In this document: piece after piece, positions 36,040 to 45,086 of the stretch
How positions within the stretch are numbered: the first letter of the stretch is position 1
Layout: each line of letters begins with the position of its first letter
Assembly (NCBI GenBank): GCA_016208765.1
Contig: JACQXK010000001.1
Span: 128,218-192,217 of the forward strand
Reading direction: 5' to 3'
DNA: 64,000 bases
DNA from: Candidatus Omnitrophota bacterium
GTDB taxonomy: Bacteria; Omnitrophota; Gorgyraeia; Gygaellales; Profunditerraquicolaceae
Program-made: the position numbers and the translations under genes
The notes under the pieces: generated by a model
What the model was told of the DNA's origin: nothing
The model's database searches: none
What the model saw: the letters and a program-made list of their open reading frames with translations, nothing else

Positions 36040-37017
36040 ATGAAAAAAGTAGGTATTATCGGAGTTGGAGAGTATTTACCAAAAAAGGTCCTGACTAATA
36101 AGGATCTTGAAAAGATGGTGGATACTTCTGATGAGTGGATTACTACTCGTACTGGTATTAAACAAAGGCGCTTGGTTGCAAAGAATGAGGCGGCAAGCGA
36201 CCTTGCTATTAAAGCTAGCTATCAGGCCTTGGAAGATGCCCGCCTTAAACCTGAAGATTTAGATTTAATCATTGTTGCTTCTATCACAGGCGATATGCCG
36301 TTTCCGTCGGTTTCCTGTTTGGTGCAAAACGCGATTGGCGCTAAGAAAGCAGCTTGTTTTGATATCAGCGCAGCTTGTGCCGGGTTTGTTTATGCGGTTA
36401 CTATTGCCAAACAGTTTATTGAGAGCGGGAGTTATAAGAAAATTTTAGTTGTCGGGGTAGAAGTATTGTCTTCGGTTACTGACTGGAAAGACAGGAACAC
36501 TTGTGTCTTGTTCGGAGACGGCGCAGGGGCAGCTGTTTTGTCTGAAGTTAGATCAGGAGGAATCCTTTCTTCTTATCTGGGCAGTGATGGGTCAAAAAAG
36601 GACCTGCTTTATATTCCGGCTGGCGGCTCAAGGCTTCCGGCAAGCAAAGAGACCATTGATAACCGAATGCATTATATAAAAATGCAAGGCAATGAATTAT
36701 TTAAGTTAGCAGTTACTCTAATGTCTGAAGCAGCGCAAATTGCTTTGAAGAAAGCCGGCTTAGAGTGTAAGGATATAGATTTGGTTATTCCGCATCAGGC
36801 AAATATCCGTATTATTATGGCAATGGCAAGAAAACTTAAACTTCCCGAAGAAAAAATCTACCTTAATATAGCAAAATATGGAAACATGTCTTCAGCTTCT
36901 ACTGCAACCGCACTCTGTGAGGCAAAAAAAGAAGGTCGTATTAAAAAAGGCGACATAGTCTTGCTGGATGCTTTTGGTGCAGGTCTTGTCTGGGGCGCTT
37001 GTGTTATAAAATGGTGA
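36040..37017 (+). CDS. fabH: 3-oxoacyl-ACP synthase III
   Basis: AACAGF, PHQAN.RI, GNMS. Confidence 0.97.
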   Translation: MKKVGIIGVGEYLPKKVLTNKDLEKMVDTSDEWITTRTGIKQRRLVAKNEAASDLAIKASYQALEDARLKPEDLDLIIVASITGDMPFPSVSCLVQNAIGAKKAACFDISAACAGFVYAVTIAKQFIESGSYKKILVVGVEVLSSVTDWKDRNTCVLFGDGAGAAVLSEVRSGGILSSYLGSDGSKKDLLYIPAGGSRLPASKETIDNRMHYIKMQGNELFKLAVTLMSEAAQIALKKAGLECKDIDLVIPHQANIRIIMAMARKLKLPEEKIYLNIAKYGNMSSASTATALCEAKKEGRIKKGDIVLLDAFGAGLVWGACVIKW

Positions 37018-37916
37018 GCTATTTATTTGCAGGCCAAGGCAGTCAGTATGTTGGAATGGGAAAAGATTTGTATGATACTTTTCCCGCGGCCAAAGCAGTT
37101 TTTGACAATGCGGATAAGGTTTTAGGGTTTTCTATAAGTAAACTTTGTTTTGAAGGCCCTCTTGAAGAATTAACCAAAACCAATAATGCGCAGCCGGCAA
37201 TAGTAACTATGAGTATTGCGGCTTTAGAGACTTTTAGGTCAAATAGCGTAGCTGTGTCTAATCCTGATTTTGTAGCTGGTTTGAGCCTTGGGGAGTATTC
37301 GGCTTTAGTTGCTGCAGAGGCTATGCGTTTTGAGGATGCGGTTTATCTGGTTAGGCGCCGCGGAGAGTTTATGGAAGAAGAAGCCAGAAATAATCCCGGT
37401 AAAATGCTTTCAATTATCGGCCTTGATTTAATCAAGGTAAAAGAAGTTTGTGTTGAGGCTAACACTCAGATAGCCAATCTAAATTGTCCGGGGCAGGTTG
37501 TGGTTTCCGGGGCTGCGCAAGAAATTGAACGAGCGCAAGTTTTAGCAAAAGAAAAAGGCGCGAAATTAGCGGTGATTCTTGAAGTCAGCGGAGCGTTTCA
37601 TTCTTCGTTTATGCAGGGAGCAACCATAAAACTTGCACGTGAATTAGAAAAGATTAAAATAAATTCTCCTCAAATTCCGATAGTTTGCAATGTAACAGGC
37701 AAGCCTGCGAATTCTGCGCAGGAAATTAAGGACAATCTTATTAAGCAGGTTGCCTCTTCGGTTTTGTGGGAAGGTTCAATGGATTTTATTTTATCTAAAG
37801 GTGTGCAGAATTTTATTGAATTTGGCCCGGGAAAGGTTTTGAAAGGTTTAATGCGCAGGATCAACTCAACTGCGCAAGTTGTAAACATTGAGAAAAAGGA
37901 AGACGTGTTGAATTAA
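37011..37916 (+). CDS. fabD: Malonyl-CoA:ACP transacylase
   Basis: GQGSQ, GLSLGEY, SGAFHS; start taken as ATG 37011. Confidence 0.95.
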   Translation: MVSYLFAGQGSQYVGMGKDLYDTFPAAKAVFDNADKVLGFSISKLCFEGPLEELTKTNNAQPAIVTMSIAALETFRSNSVAVSNPDFVAGLSLGEYSALVAAEAMRFEDAVYLVRRRGEFMEEEARNNPGKMLSIIGLDLIKVKEVCVEANTQIANLNCPGQVVVSGAAQEIERAQVLAKEKGAKLAVILEVSGAFHSSFMQGATIKLARELEKIKINSPQIPIVCNVTGKPANSAQEIKDNLIKQVASSVLWEGSMDFILSKGVQNFIEFGPGKVLKGLMRRINSTAQVVNIEKKEDVLN

Positions 37917-37930
37917 CCAACAAGAGGGCG

Positions 37931-38677
37931 ATGATGAAATTAAAAGATAAGGTGGCGTTAATTACAGGCGGTGCGCGAGGAATCGGAAAATCAATTGCTT
38001 TAATGTTCGCCAAAGAAGGCGCGGATATTGTAATTGGCGACGTGAACCTTGAAGAAGCAGAGAAAACATGTAAAGAAATAGAGGCCCTGGGAAGAAAAAC
38101 CCTTGCTTTGCAGTTAGATGTGACAGATTTGGCAAAAGTGGAAGAAGCAATAAATAAAATTCTTGACAAATTTACAAAGGTTGATATATTAGTTAACAAT
38201 GCTGGGATAACTAAGGATAATTTACTGCTTAGAATGAACCCTGACCAGTGGGATGCAGTGTTAAATGTGAATTTAAAAGGCGCGTTTAACTGTATCAAGG
38301 CAGTGAGCAAGCCCATGATGAAGCAGAGAAGCGGTAAGGTTATAAATATTGCTTCAATTATAGGCATAATCGGTAATCCCGGGCAGGCAAACTACGCAGC
38401 TGCCAAAGCAGGTATGATTGCTCTTACAAAAACAGTAGCAAAAGAGTTCGCAAGCCGTAATATTACGGCAAACGCAGTCGCACCCGGTTTTATACAGACC
38501 GAGATGACAGCTAAGCTTCCGGAAGATATAAAGAATCAGATGAAGGGGGCAATACCGCTGGCAAGGTTCGGTAGTCCCGATGACGTGGCAAATACTTGTT
38601 TGTTTTTGGCGAGCGAAGATTCCAGTTATATTACCGGCCAGACGATCGTAGTTGATGGCGGTATGGTAATGGCGTAA
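37931..38677 (+). CDS. fabG: 3-oxoacyl-ACP reductase
   Basis: TGGARGIG, NNAGIT, YAAAK. Confidence 0.97.
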   Translation: MMKLKDKVALITGGARGIGKSIALMFAKEGADIVIGDVNLEEAEKTCKEIEALGRKTLALQLDVTDLAKVEEAINKILDKFTKVDILVNNAGITKDNLLLRMNPDQWDAVLNVNLKGAFNCIKAVSKPMMKQRSGKVINIASIIGIIGNPGQANYAAAKAGMIALTKTVAKEFASRNITANAVAPGFIQTEMTAKLPEDIKNQMKGAIPLARFGSPDDVANTCLFLASEDSSYITGQTIVVDGGMVMA

Positions 38678-38695
38678 AGTTAAAAGGAGGAAATA

Positions 38696-38935
38696 ATGGC
38701 AGTGCAAGAAAAAGTTAAGTCAATTATCGCAGAGCAGTTAGGTGTTAAACCGGAAGAAGTAACCCCTGAAGCATCGTTTGTTGATGATTTAGGCGCAGAT
38801 TCTCTGGATACCGTTGAGTTGGTTATGGCTTTGGAAGAAGAGTTTGGAGTTGAAATTCCTGACGAGGATGCTGAAAAGATCACTACTGTCGGGGATGCTA
38901 TTAAGTATATTGAAGATAAGGCAACCAATAAATAA
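38696..38935 (+). CDS. acpP: Acyl carrier protein
   Basis: [14 protein letters not shown]. Confidence 0.98.
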   Translation: MAVQEKVKSIIAEQLGVKPEEVTPEASFVDDLGADSLDTVELVMALEEEFGVEIPDEDAEKITTVGDAIKYIEDKATNK

Positions 38936-38959
38936 AATTTCTATATAAAATATTCCTTA

Positions 38960-39021
38960 TTACCCCCGCCGACCTCCCGTTTCTTGCAAAACAAAAAACA
39001 GGGAAGAAGCAGCGGGGGTAA
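38960..39021. repeat. Intergenic long hairpin with TTACCCCC...GGGGGTAA termini
   Basis: 10-bp perfect terminal IR ttacccccgc/gcgggggtaa plus an imperfect inner stem. Confidence 0.7.
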
Positions 39022-39036
39022 AGTTTAATTAAGCTT

Positions 39037-40284
39037 ATGCATGAACATAGAGTAGTTGTTACAGGCTTAGGTGTAATTACTCCGGTCGGAAACGACATTT
39101 CTTCTTTTTGGAAGTCAATGGAAGAAGGTAAAAATGGCGTTGGGCCGTTGACGAGCTTTGATCCTGCCAAGTTTGATTCCCGTATCGCCGCAGAAGTAGA
39201 AGGTTTTGACCCCGCAAGTTACGGCATGTCATTTAAAGATATTAAACGTATGGATAAATTTGCGCAGTATGCCGTGGCTTCTGCGAAACAGGCAATTACT
39301 AATTCGGGAATTGATTTAGAAAAAGAAGACAGGACGCGGATTGGCGTTTTAATCGGCTCAGGTATCGGAAGTTTGCATACTATTGAGTTTGAACACAAGA
39401 ATATGCTGGATAAGGGCCCTTCAAGGATGTCGCCTTTTTTAATCCCTATGTTGATTGTAAATGCCGCAGCCGGGCAGGTTGGTATCTTTTTTGGATTAAA
39501 AGGGCCGAATTCCTGTGTTGCTACTGCTTGTGCTTCTGGTTCGCATGCGATTGGAGATGCGTTCCGGGTTATTGAGCGCGGAGATGCTGATGTAATGGTT
39601 ACCGGAGGCACTGAAAGTAGCGTTACTCCTACGGGTGTTGGCGGATTCTGTGCCTTAAAAGCATTATCTACAAGAAATGACCATCCGGAAAAAGCCAGCC
39701 GGCCATTTGACCGCGAGCGTAACGGTTTTGTTATGGCAGAGGGTTGCGGTTTGGTGATTTTGGAAAGTTTAGAGCATGCCAACAAAAGAGGGGCAAAAAT
39801 CTTAGCAGAGATTGTCGGTTATGGCATGTCTTGCGACGCATATCATATTACCGCGCCTGATCCTGGTGGCGAGGGAGCTGCGAGGGCAATGCTTTGGGCG
39901 CTTAAGGATGCTAATCTTAATCCCGAGGATGTTAATTATATCAATGCCCATGGCACCTCAACTAAATTAAATGATAAGATAGAAACCCTATCTATAAAAA
40001 AAGCCTTTGGTGCGCACGCCAAGAAAGTGATGATCTCCTCAACTAAATCTATGACCGGGCATCTCTTGGGTGCTGCAGGAGGGGTAGAGTTTGTGGTTTG
40101 CTGTTTGTCTTTAGCGCACGGAGTTATCCCGCCAACAATAAACTACGAATATCCGGATCCTGATTGCGACCTTGATTATGTGCCTAATAAGGCGCGTAAG
40201 GTAAATGTTGAGGTTTGCATGTCAAATTCATTGGGATTCGGCGGCCATAATGCCTCTCTTATTGTAAGAAAATTTATTAGTTAA
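39037..40284 (+). CDS. fabF: 3-oxoacyl-ACP synthase II
   Basis: TACASG, NAHGTST, GHLLGAAG, NSLGFGG. Confidence 0.97.
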   Translation: MHEHRVVVTGLGVITPVGNDISSFWKSMEEGKNGVGPLTSFDPAKFDSRIAAEVEGFDPASYGMSFKDIKRMDKFAQYAVASAKQAITNSGIDLEKEDRTRIGVLIGSGIGSLHTIEFEHKNMLDKGPSRMSPFLIPMLIVNAAAGQVGIFFGLKGPNSCVATACASGSHAIGDAFRVIERGDADVMVTGGTESSVTPTGVGGFCALKALSTRNDHPEKASRPFDRERNGFVMAEGCGLVILESLEHANKRGAKILAEIVGYGMSCDAYHITAPDPGGEGAARAMLWALKDANLNPEDVNYINAHGTSTKLNDKIETLSIKKAFGAHAKKVMISSTKSMTGHLLGAAGGVEFVVCCLSLAHGVIPPTINYEYPDPDCDLDYVPNKARKVNVEVCMSNSLGFGGHNASLIVRKFIS

Positions 40285-40338
40285 TTAGTGAGCGGTTAAT
40301 TGCTGAGTGGTGAGTAGGCCAATTAACCAGTTAACCAA
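40280..40338. repeat. Intergenic repeat, copy B
   Basis: 44/47 identity to 34944-34990. Confidence 0.85.
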
Positions 40339-40340
40339 CA

Positions 40341-41609
40341 ATGAATTATACAATTGCAGAAAAGATATTATTGGCTCACACCGGCTTAAAGCAAATTAAG
40401 CCGGGTGATTTTATTGAGGCTAAAGTTGATTTGGCACTTGGTAATGATATTACTGCGCCTATCGCCATAGAAGAATTTAAAAAGGCGGGTTTTTCCAAAG
40501 TATTCAACAAGAACAGAATTGTTTTGGTGCCGGATCATTTTGCTCCTGCAAAGGACCAAAAAAGCGCTAACCAGTGTAAGATCCTTGCGAATTTTGCCAA
40601 AGAGCAGAAAATTCAGAATTATTTTGAAATTGGCTGTATGGGAATTGAGCATGCGCTTTTGCCGGAAGTTGGTTTAGTCGGCCCGGGTGATTTAATTATT
40701 GGCGCAGATTCACATACATGCACTTATGGCGCGCTTGGCGCATATTCTACAGGTATCGGTTCAACTGACCTTGCCCGTTGTTTTGTGGATGGGAAAATTT
40801 GGTTAAAGGTGCCTCATTCCGTTAAGTTTGTATATAGAGGTAAATTGAATAAATGGGTAGGAGGTAAAGATCTGATTCTTTATACAATTGGACAGATTGG
40901 TGTTGATGGCGCGTTGTATAAAGCGATGGAATTTGCTGGGACGGTAATCAAAAAGCTTCCTATGGATGATCGTTTTTCCATGAGCAACATGGCAATTGAG
41001 GCAGGGGGCCGTGCAGGGATTATTGAGCCGGATGAAATTACAAGAGAATATGTGGCTAACCGTAAACCTTCGTCCAGAAAAGGCTGGAAGTTTTTTAGTT
41101 CAGATAAAGACGCAGCTTACGAGAAAATCTACGAATGGGATGTTACTAATCTTGAGCCGCAGGTTGCTTGTCCGCATTTACCCAGCAATGTAAAACCAGT
41201 AAGCGCTTTAAAAAGCGTTAAAATTGACCAGGTAGTAATTGGTTCATGCACTAACGGCAGGATTTCAGATTTAAGGATTGCCGCAAAGATCTTAAAGAAT
41301 AAGAAGGTGTCTGCGGGATTGAAATTAATTATTATTCCAGCTACCCAAAAAATATATTTACAGGCAGTAAAAGAAGGTTTAGCAGAAATTTTTGTAAAAG
41401 CAGGCGGGGTATTTTCTACGCCTACTTGCGGCCCGTGTTTAGGCGGGCATATGGGAATTTTAACTGAAGGAGAAGTTGCCCTGGCTACGACAAATCGTAA
41501 TTTTATCGGCCGCATGGGCAGCCCTAAATCTTTTGTTTATTTGTCTAATCCGGCGGTTGCCGCAGCAAGTGCAATTACGGGGAAGATCACGCATCCTGAT
41601 AAAATATGA
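40341..41609 (+). CDS. leuC: 3-isopropylmalate dehydratase large subunit
   Basis: DSHTCTYG, IGSCTNGR, CGPCLGGH, TNRNF.GRMG. Confidence 0.93.
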   Translation: MNYTIAEKILLAHTGLKQIKPGDFIEAKVDLALGNDITAPIAIEEFKKAGFSKVFNKNRIVLVPDHFAPAKDQKSANQCKILANFAKEQKIQNYFEIGCMGIEHALLPEVGLVGPGDLIIGADSHTCTYGALGAYSTGIGSTDLARCFVDGKIWLKVPHSVKFVYRGKLNKWVGGKDLILYTIGQIGVDGALYKAMEFAGTVIKKLPMDDRFSMSNMAIEAGGRAGIIEPDEITREYVANRKPSSRKGWKFFSSDKDAAYEKIYEWDVTNLEPQVACPHLPSNVKPVSALKSVKIDQVVIGSCTNGRISDLRIAAKILKNKKVSAGLKLIIIPATQKIYLQAVKEGLAEIFVKAGGVFSTPTCGPCLGGHMGILTEGEVALATTNRNFIGRMGSPKSFVYLSNPAVAAASAITGKITHPDKI

Positions 41610-42091
41610 TCATTAAAGGCAGAGTGCATAAATTCGGGGATGATATTAACACCGATGATATTATTTCGGCAAAATACCTTGTTTCTACAGATGCCAAAGA
41701 ATTAGGAAGGCATTGTATGGAGAGTATAAATCCCGATTTTGTAAGTCAGGTTAAAGAAGGTGATATTATTGTTGCCGGTAAGAATTTTGGCTGTGGCTCA
41801 AGCCGCGAACATGCGCCATTGGCAGTAAAGGGTTGCGGGGTGCATGCTGTAATTGCCAAGAGTTTTGCGGCAATATTCTTTCGTAATTCTATAAATATCG
41901 GGTTGCCTTTTTTGGAGTCGGAGGAAGTAGATAAAATTGATGAACAAGATGAATTAGAAATTGATTTAGCCAAAGGTTCAATCAAGAATTTAACGCAAAA
42001 TAAAGAATATAAAACACAGGCATTTCCTGAATTCCTGCAGGCGATTGTTGAGGATGGGGGCCTGATGAATTACGTGAAACGGAGAAAATAA
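41606..42091 (+). CDS. leuD: 3-isopropylmalate dehydratase small subunit
   Basis: INTDDII, NFGCGSSREHA. Confidence 0.95.
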   Translation: MIIKGRVHKFGDDINTDDIISAKYLVSTDAKELGRHCMESINPDFVSQVKEGDIIVAGKNFGCGSSREHAPLAVKGCGVHAVIAKSFAAIFFRNSINIGLPFLESEEVDKIDEQDELEIDLAKGSIKNLTQNKEYKTQAFPEFLQAIVEDGGLMNYVKRRK

Positions 42092-43140
42092 TGCATAAAA
42101 TAGCAGTTATACCCGGAGACGGTACCGGCCCGGAAGTGGTGAATGAGGGATTGAAGGTATTGGGGGCAGCCGGAAAAAAGTTTAATTTTAAATATGAAAC
42201 AAAAATCTTTGATTTTAGCGGTGCGCGCTATTTAAAGACAGGAAAATTAGTTGAAGACGCTGATGTTGAGGCCCTAAAGAAATATGACGCTATTTACCTT
42301 GGGGCAGTAGGGCATCCTGACGTTAAACCGGGAATTTTGGAAACAAACGTGTTATTAAAATTGCGTTTTGCCTTGGATCAGTATATTAATTTACGTCCGG
42401 TAAAACTTTATAACTCAAATTACTGCCCATTAAAAGATAAAAAACCGGAAGACATAGATTTTGTGGTAGTAAGGGAAAATTCCGAGGGGCTTTACAAAGG
42501 AATGGGTGAGTTTCAGAATAAAGGAACTAAGGATGAAGTAGCGATCCAGATTTCTTATAACACGCGTAAAGGCGTAGAGCGTTGCTTGCGTTATGCATTT
42601 GAATTTACCCGTAAGCGCAATAAGAGAAAGAAGCTTACTCTTTGCGGAAAGACAAATGTCTTAACTTATGCCTGGGATCTTTGGGAGAGGACATTTAAGG
42701 AATTGGCAAAAGAATATCTAGATGTTACTACAGATTATGCGCACGTTGATGCTACAACGATGTGGTTTGTAAAGAATCCTGAATGGTTTGATGTTATTGT
42801 TACGGATAACATGTTCGGTGATATTATTACCGACTTAGGGGCAATGATACAAGGTGGTATGGGTATTGCCGCAGGAGGTAATATTAATCCCGGAGGTGTT
42901 TCAATGTTTGAGCCTATCGGTGGAAGCGCTCCTAAATATACAGGCCAAAATGTAATTAATCCTCTAGCTGCGATTTGCGCAGTTGGAATGATGCTTGAAA
43001 ACTTGGGTGAAGAGAAAGCCGCAAAAGCAATTGAGGACACGGTGATTAAACTTGTTTCAACTAAGCTTAAATCATTAGCTGCAGGTAAAATGGGCTATTC
43101 TACTACTCAGGTTGGGGATTTGGTGGTTGAGAATTTATAG
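42091..43140 (+). CDS. leuB: 3-isopropylmalate dehydrogenase
   Basis: [25 protein letters not shown]; follows leuCD. Confidence 0.92.
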   Translation: MHKIAVIPGDGTGPEVVNEGLKVLGAAGKKFNFKYETKIFDFSGARYLKTGKLVEDADVEALKKYDAIYLGAVGHPDVKPGILETNVLLKLRFALDQYINLRPVKLYNSNYCPLKDKKPEDIDFVVVRENSEGLYKGMGEFQNKGTKDEVAIQISYNTRKGVERCLRYAFEFTRKRNKRKKLTLCGKTNVLTYAWDLWERTFKELAKEYLDVTTDYAHVDATTMWFVKNPEWFDVIVTDNMFGDIITDLGAMIQGGMGIAAGGNINPGGVSMFEPIGGSAPKYTGQNVINPLAAICAVGMMLENLGEEKAAKAIEDTVIKLVSTKLKSLAAGKMGYSTTQVGDLVVENL

Positions 43141-43154
43141 GGATAAATATTTAT

Positions 43155-44225
43155 ATGAAGAAGTATAATGTTGCTGTTGTTGGGGTAGGTGTTGTGGGGA
43201 TTGAGATGCTGCGCGTATTGCGCCAGCGAGATTTTCCTGTTAATCAATTAAAGGTTTTTGCGCGATCAGCGCGCGATATAGAAGTTGATGGGCAGAGATA
43301 TTCCGTTGAACCGATTTCTGCCGATGGTTTTAATGGCATTGATATTGCTTTGTTTGCCGGCACAGAGGGAGAAAAAGGCGCTGCGGTTACCTATGCTGCT
43401 GATGCGGTAAAGCGTGGCGCGGTAGTAATAGATAATGGCGCAGACTTTCGTATGGATCCAAAGGTGCCGCTGGTGGTCCCTGAGGTAAATGGCAAAGATG
43501 TTTACTCCGTTAGAAATTGGCTTATAAATGGTTCAAAAGATATTTCTAACGGGGCAAAAAAGCACAAAGGGATTATTGCTAATCCAAATTGTTCAACTAT
43601 TCAGATGGTCGTGGCATTATCGCCAATTCATAAGAAAGTAGGCATTAAAAGAATTATTGTTACTACCTTACAGGCTTCATCAGGTGCTGGAAAAAGCGCG
43701 GTTGAGCAACTAAAAGAAGAGACCGGTTTGATCTCAGGCGGCGGTTGTGAAAATGTGCATGTTAAGGCCCAGGCTAAAGGCATGCCGCAGCAATTAGCAT
43801 ATAATGTTTTTCCGCATATTGGCAGCCCTGCCGAATGTGATTATACAAATGAAGAATGGAAACTGGTAAAAGAGACCCATAAAATTATGCATGATGATAA
43901 AATTAAGATTTCCGCAACCACAGTCCGTGTTCCGGTCAGGACCGGGCACTCTGAAGCGGTTTATATTGAAACTAAAAAACCGATTGAACCGGATAAAGTC
44001 CGGCAATTATTAACTAAATCACCCGGGATCATTGTAATTGATGATTTGAAAAATAATCTCTATCCAATGCCTAAAGACGTAGAAGGCAAAGATGAAACTT
44101 TTGTCGGCCGCATCCGCAAAGACCCTTTTGTTAAAAATGGTTTGTGGTTATGGGTGGTGGCGGATAATCTGCGTAAGGGTGCGGCGACTAACGCCGTGCA
44201 GATTGCCGAAGAGCTTATCAAATGA
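43155..44225 (+). CDS. asd: Aspartate-semialdehyde dehydrogenase, with an in-frame palindromic insertion
   Basis: VPLVVPEVN, IIANPNCST, DNLRKGAATNAVQIAE. Confidence 0.96.
   Translation: MKKYNVAVVGVGVVGIEMLRVLRQRDFPVNQLKVFARSARDIEVDGQRYSVEPISADGFNGIDIALFAGTEGEKGAAVTYAADAVKRGAVVIDNGADFRMDPKVPLVVPEVNGKDVYSVRNWLINGSKDISNGAKKHKGIIANPNCSTIQMVVALSPIHKKVGIKRIIVTTLQASSGAGKSAVEQLKEETGLISGGGCENVHVKAQAKGMPQQLAYNVFPHIGSPAECDYTNEEWKLVKETHKIMHDDKIKISATTVRVPVRTGHSEAVYIETKKPIEPDKVRQLLTKSPGIIVIDDLKNNLYPMPKDVEGKDETFVGRIRKDPFVKNGLWLWVVADNLRKGAATNAVQIAEELIK
43501..43558. mobile_element. Miniature palindromic element inside asd
   Basis: tttactccgttagaaat ... atttctaacggggcaaa (17-bp IR, 2 mismatches); reads through in frame. 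Confidence 0.75.
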
Positions 44226-45031
44226 AATCTGTTGTTTTGGCATCCGGTGACCTTGCCGGCAGGCCCAAACGTAATCTTAAACTGCAAATTGAGTATGACG
44301 GCTCGCAGTATTCAGGCTGGCAAATACAAAATCACCAGCGTTCACCCGAAGCCCGCCGCAGGACCAAGAAAACAATTCAGCAAGTTTTAGAAAAAACTCT
44401 CCAGGAAATCTTGCAGCAGAAAATTAAGGTAATTGTTTCCGGTAGGACTGATGCCGGAGTGCATGCTTTAGCGCAGGTGGTTAATTTCTATACGATCTCA
44501 AAGATTCCTCTTGAGAGATTGCAACTGGCCGTTAATTCATTGCTTCCGCATGATATTGTGGTTACAAAAATAGAAGATGTTCCTGAGTCTTTTCACAGCC
44601 GGTTTTCTGCAAAAAGCAAGATCTATCGTTATATAATTCTAAATCGTAAATACTCTTCGGCTTTACTTAAGAACACGGTTTTTTTCTTTCCGCATACTCT
44701 TAATGTTGGCTTGATGCAAAAAGAGGCAAGAGTGCTTTTGGGAAGGCATGATTTTAAGTGTTTTCAGACATCTGAAAAAAAAGAAAAGAACACTGTGCGC
44801 ATAATTAAGAAGATCTCTATCAGGAAAAACAAGGATTTTATTAATATAGAAATTGAGGCAAACGGGTTTCTTTATAACATGGTGCGAAATATTGTGGGCA
44901 CTTTAATTGAAATTGGAAGAGGAAAACTCCCGCCAAATAGTATGAAAAAGATACTTGTTTCTAAAAATCGCATTTACGCCGGCCCCATTGTTCCCAGTCA
45001 AGGCTTGTGCCTTATTAAGGTAAAGTATTAA
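44222..45031 (+). CDS. truA: tRNA pseudouridine(38-40) synthase
   Basis: EYDG..Y.GWQ, SGRTDAGVHA, FLYNMVRNIVG. Confidence 0.96.
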   Translation: MKSVVLASGDLAGRPKRNLKLQIEYDGSQYSGWQIQNHQRSPEARRRTKKTIQQVLEKTLQEILQQKIKVIVSGRTDAGVHALAQVVNFYTISKIPLERLQLAVNSLLPHDIVVTKIEDVPESFHSRFSAKSKIYRYIILNRKYSSALLKNTVFFFPHTLNVGLMQKEARVLLGRHDFKCFQTSEKKEKNTVRIIKKISIRKNKDFINIEIEANGFLYNMVRNIVGTLIEIGRGKLPPNSMKKILVSKNRIYAGPIVPSQGLCLIKVKY

Positions 45032-45086
45032 TAATTCTACCCTTAATCTTCTTTACTTTTCCTGAGCCCGGATTATAATAAAATCT

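Noticed and set aside
44222-44375. TruA N-terminal extension and extra residues NHQRSPEARRR as another in-frame palindromic insertion
   Set aside because: The loop looks longer than usual, but I find no clear inverted repeat or CCCC/GGGG ends, so it is not supportable without an alignment.
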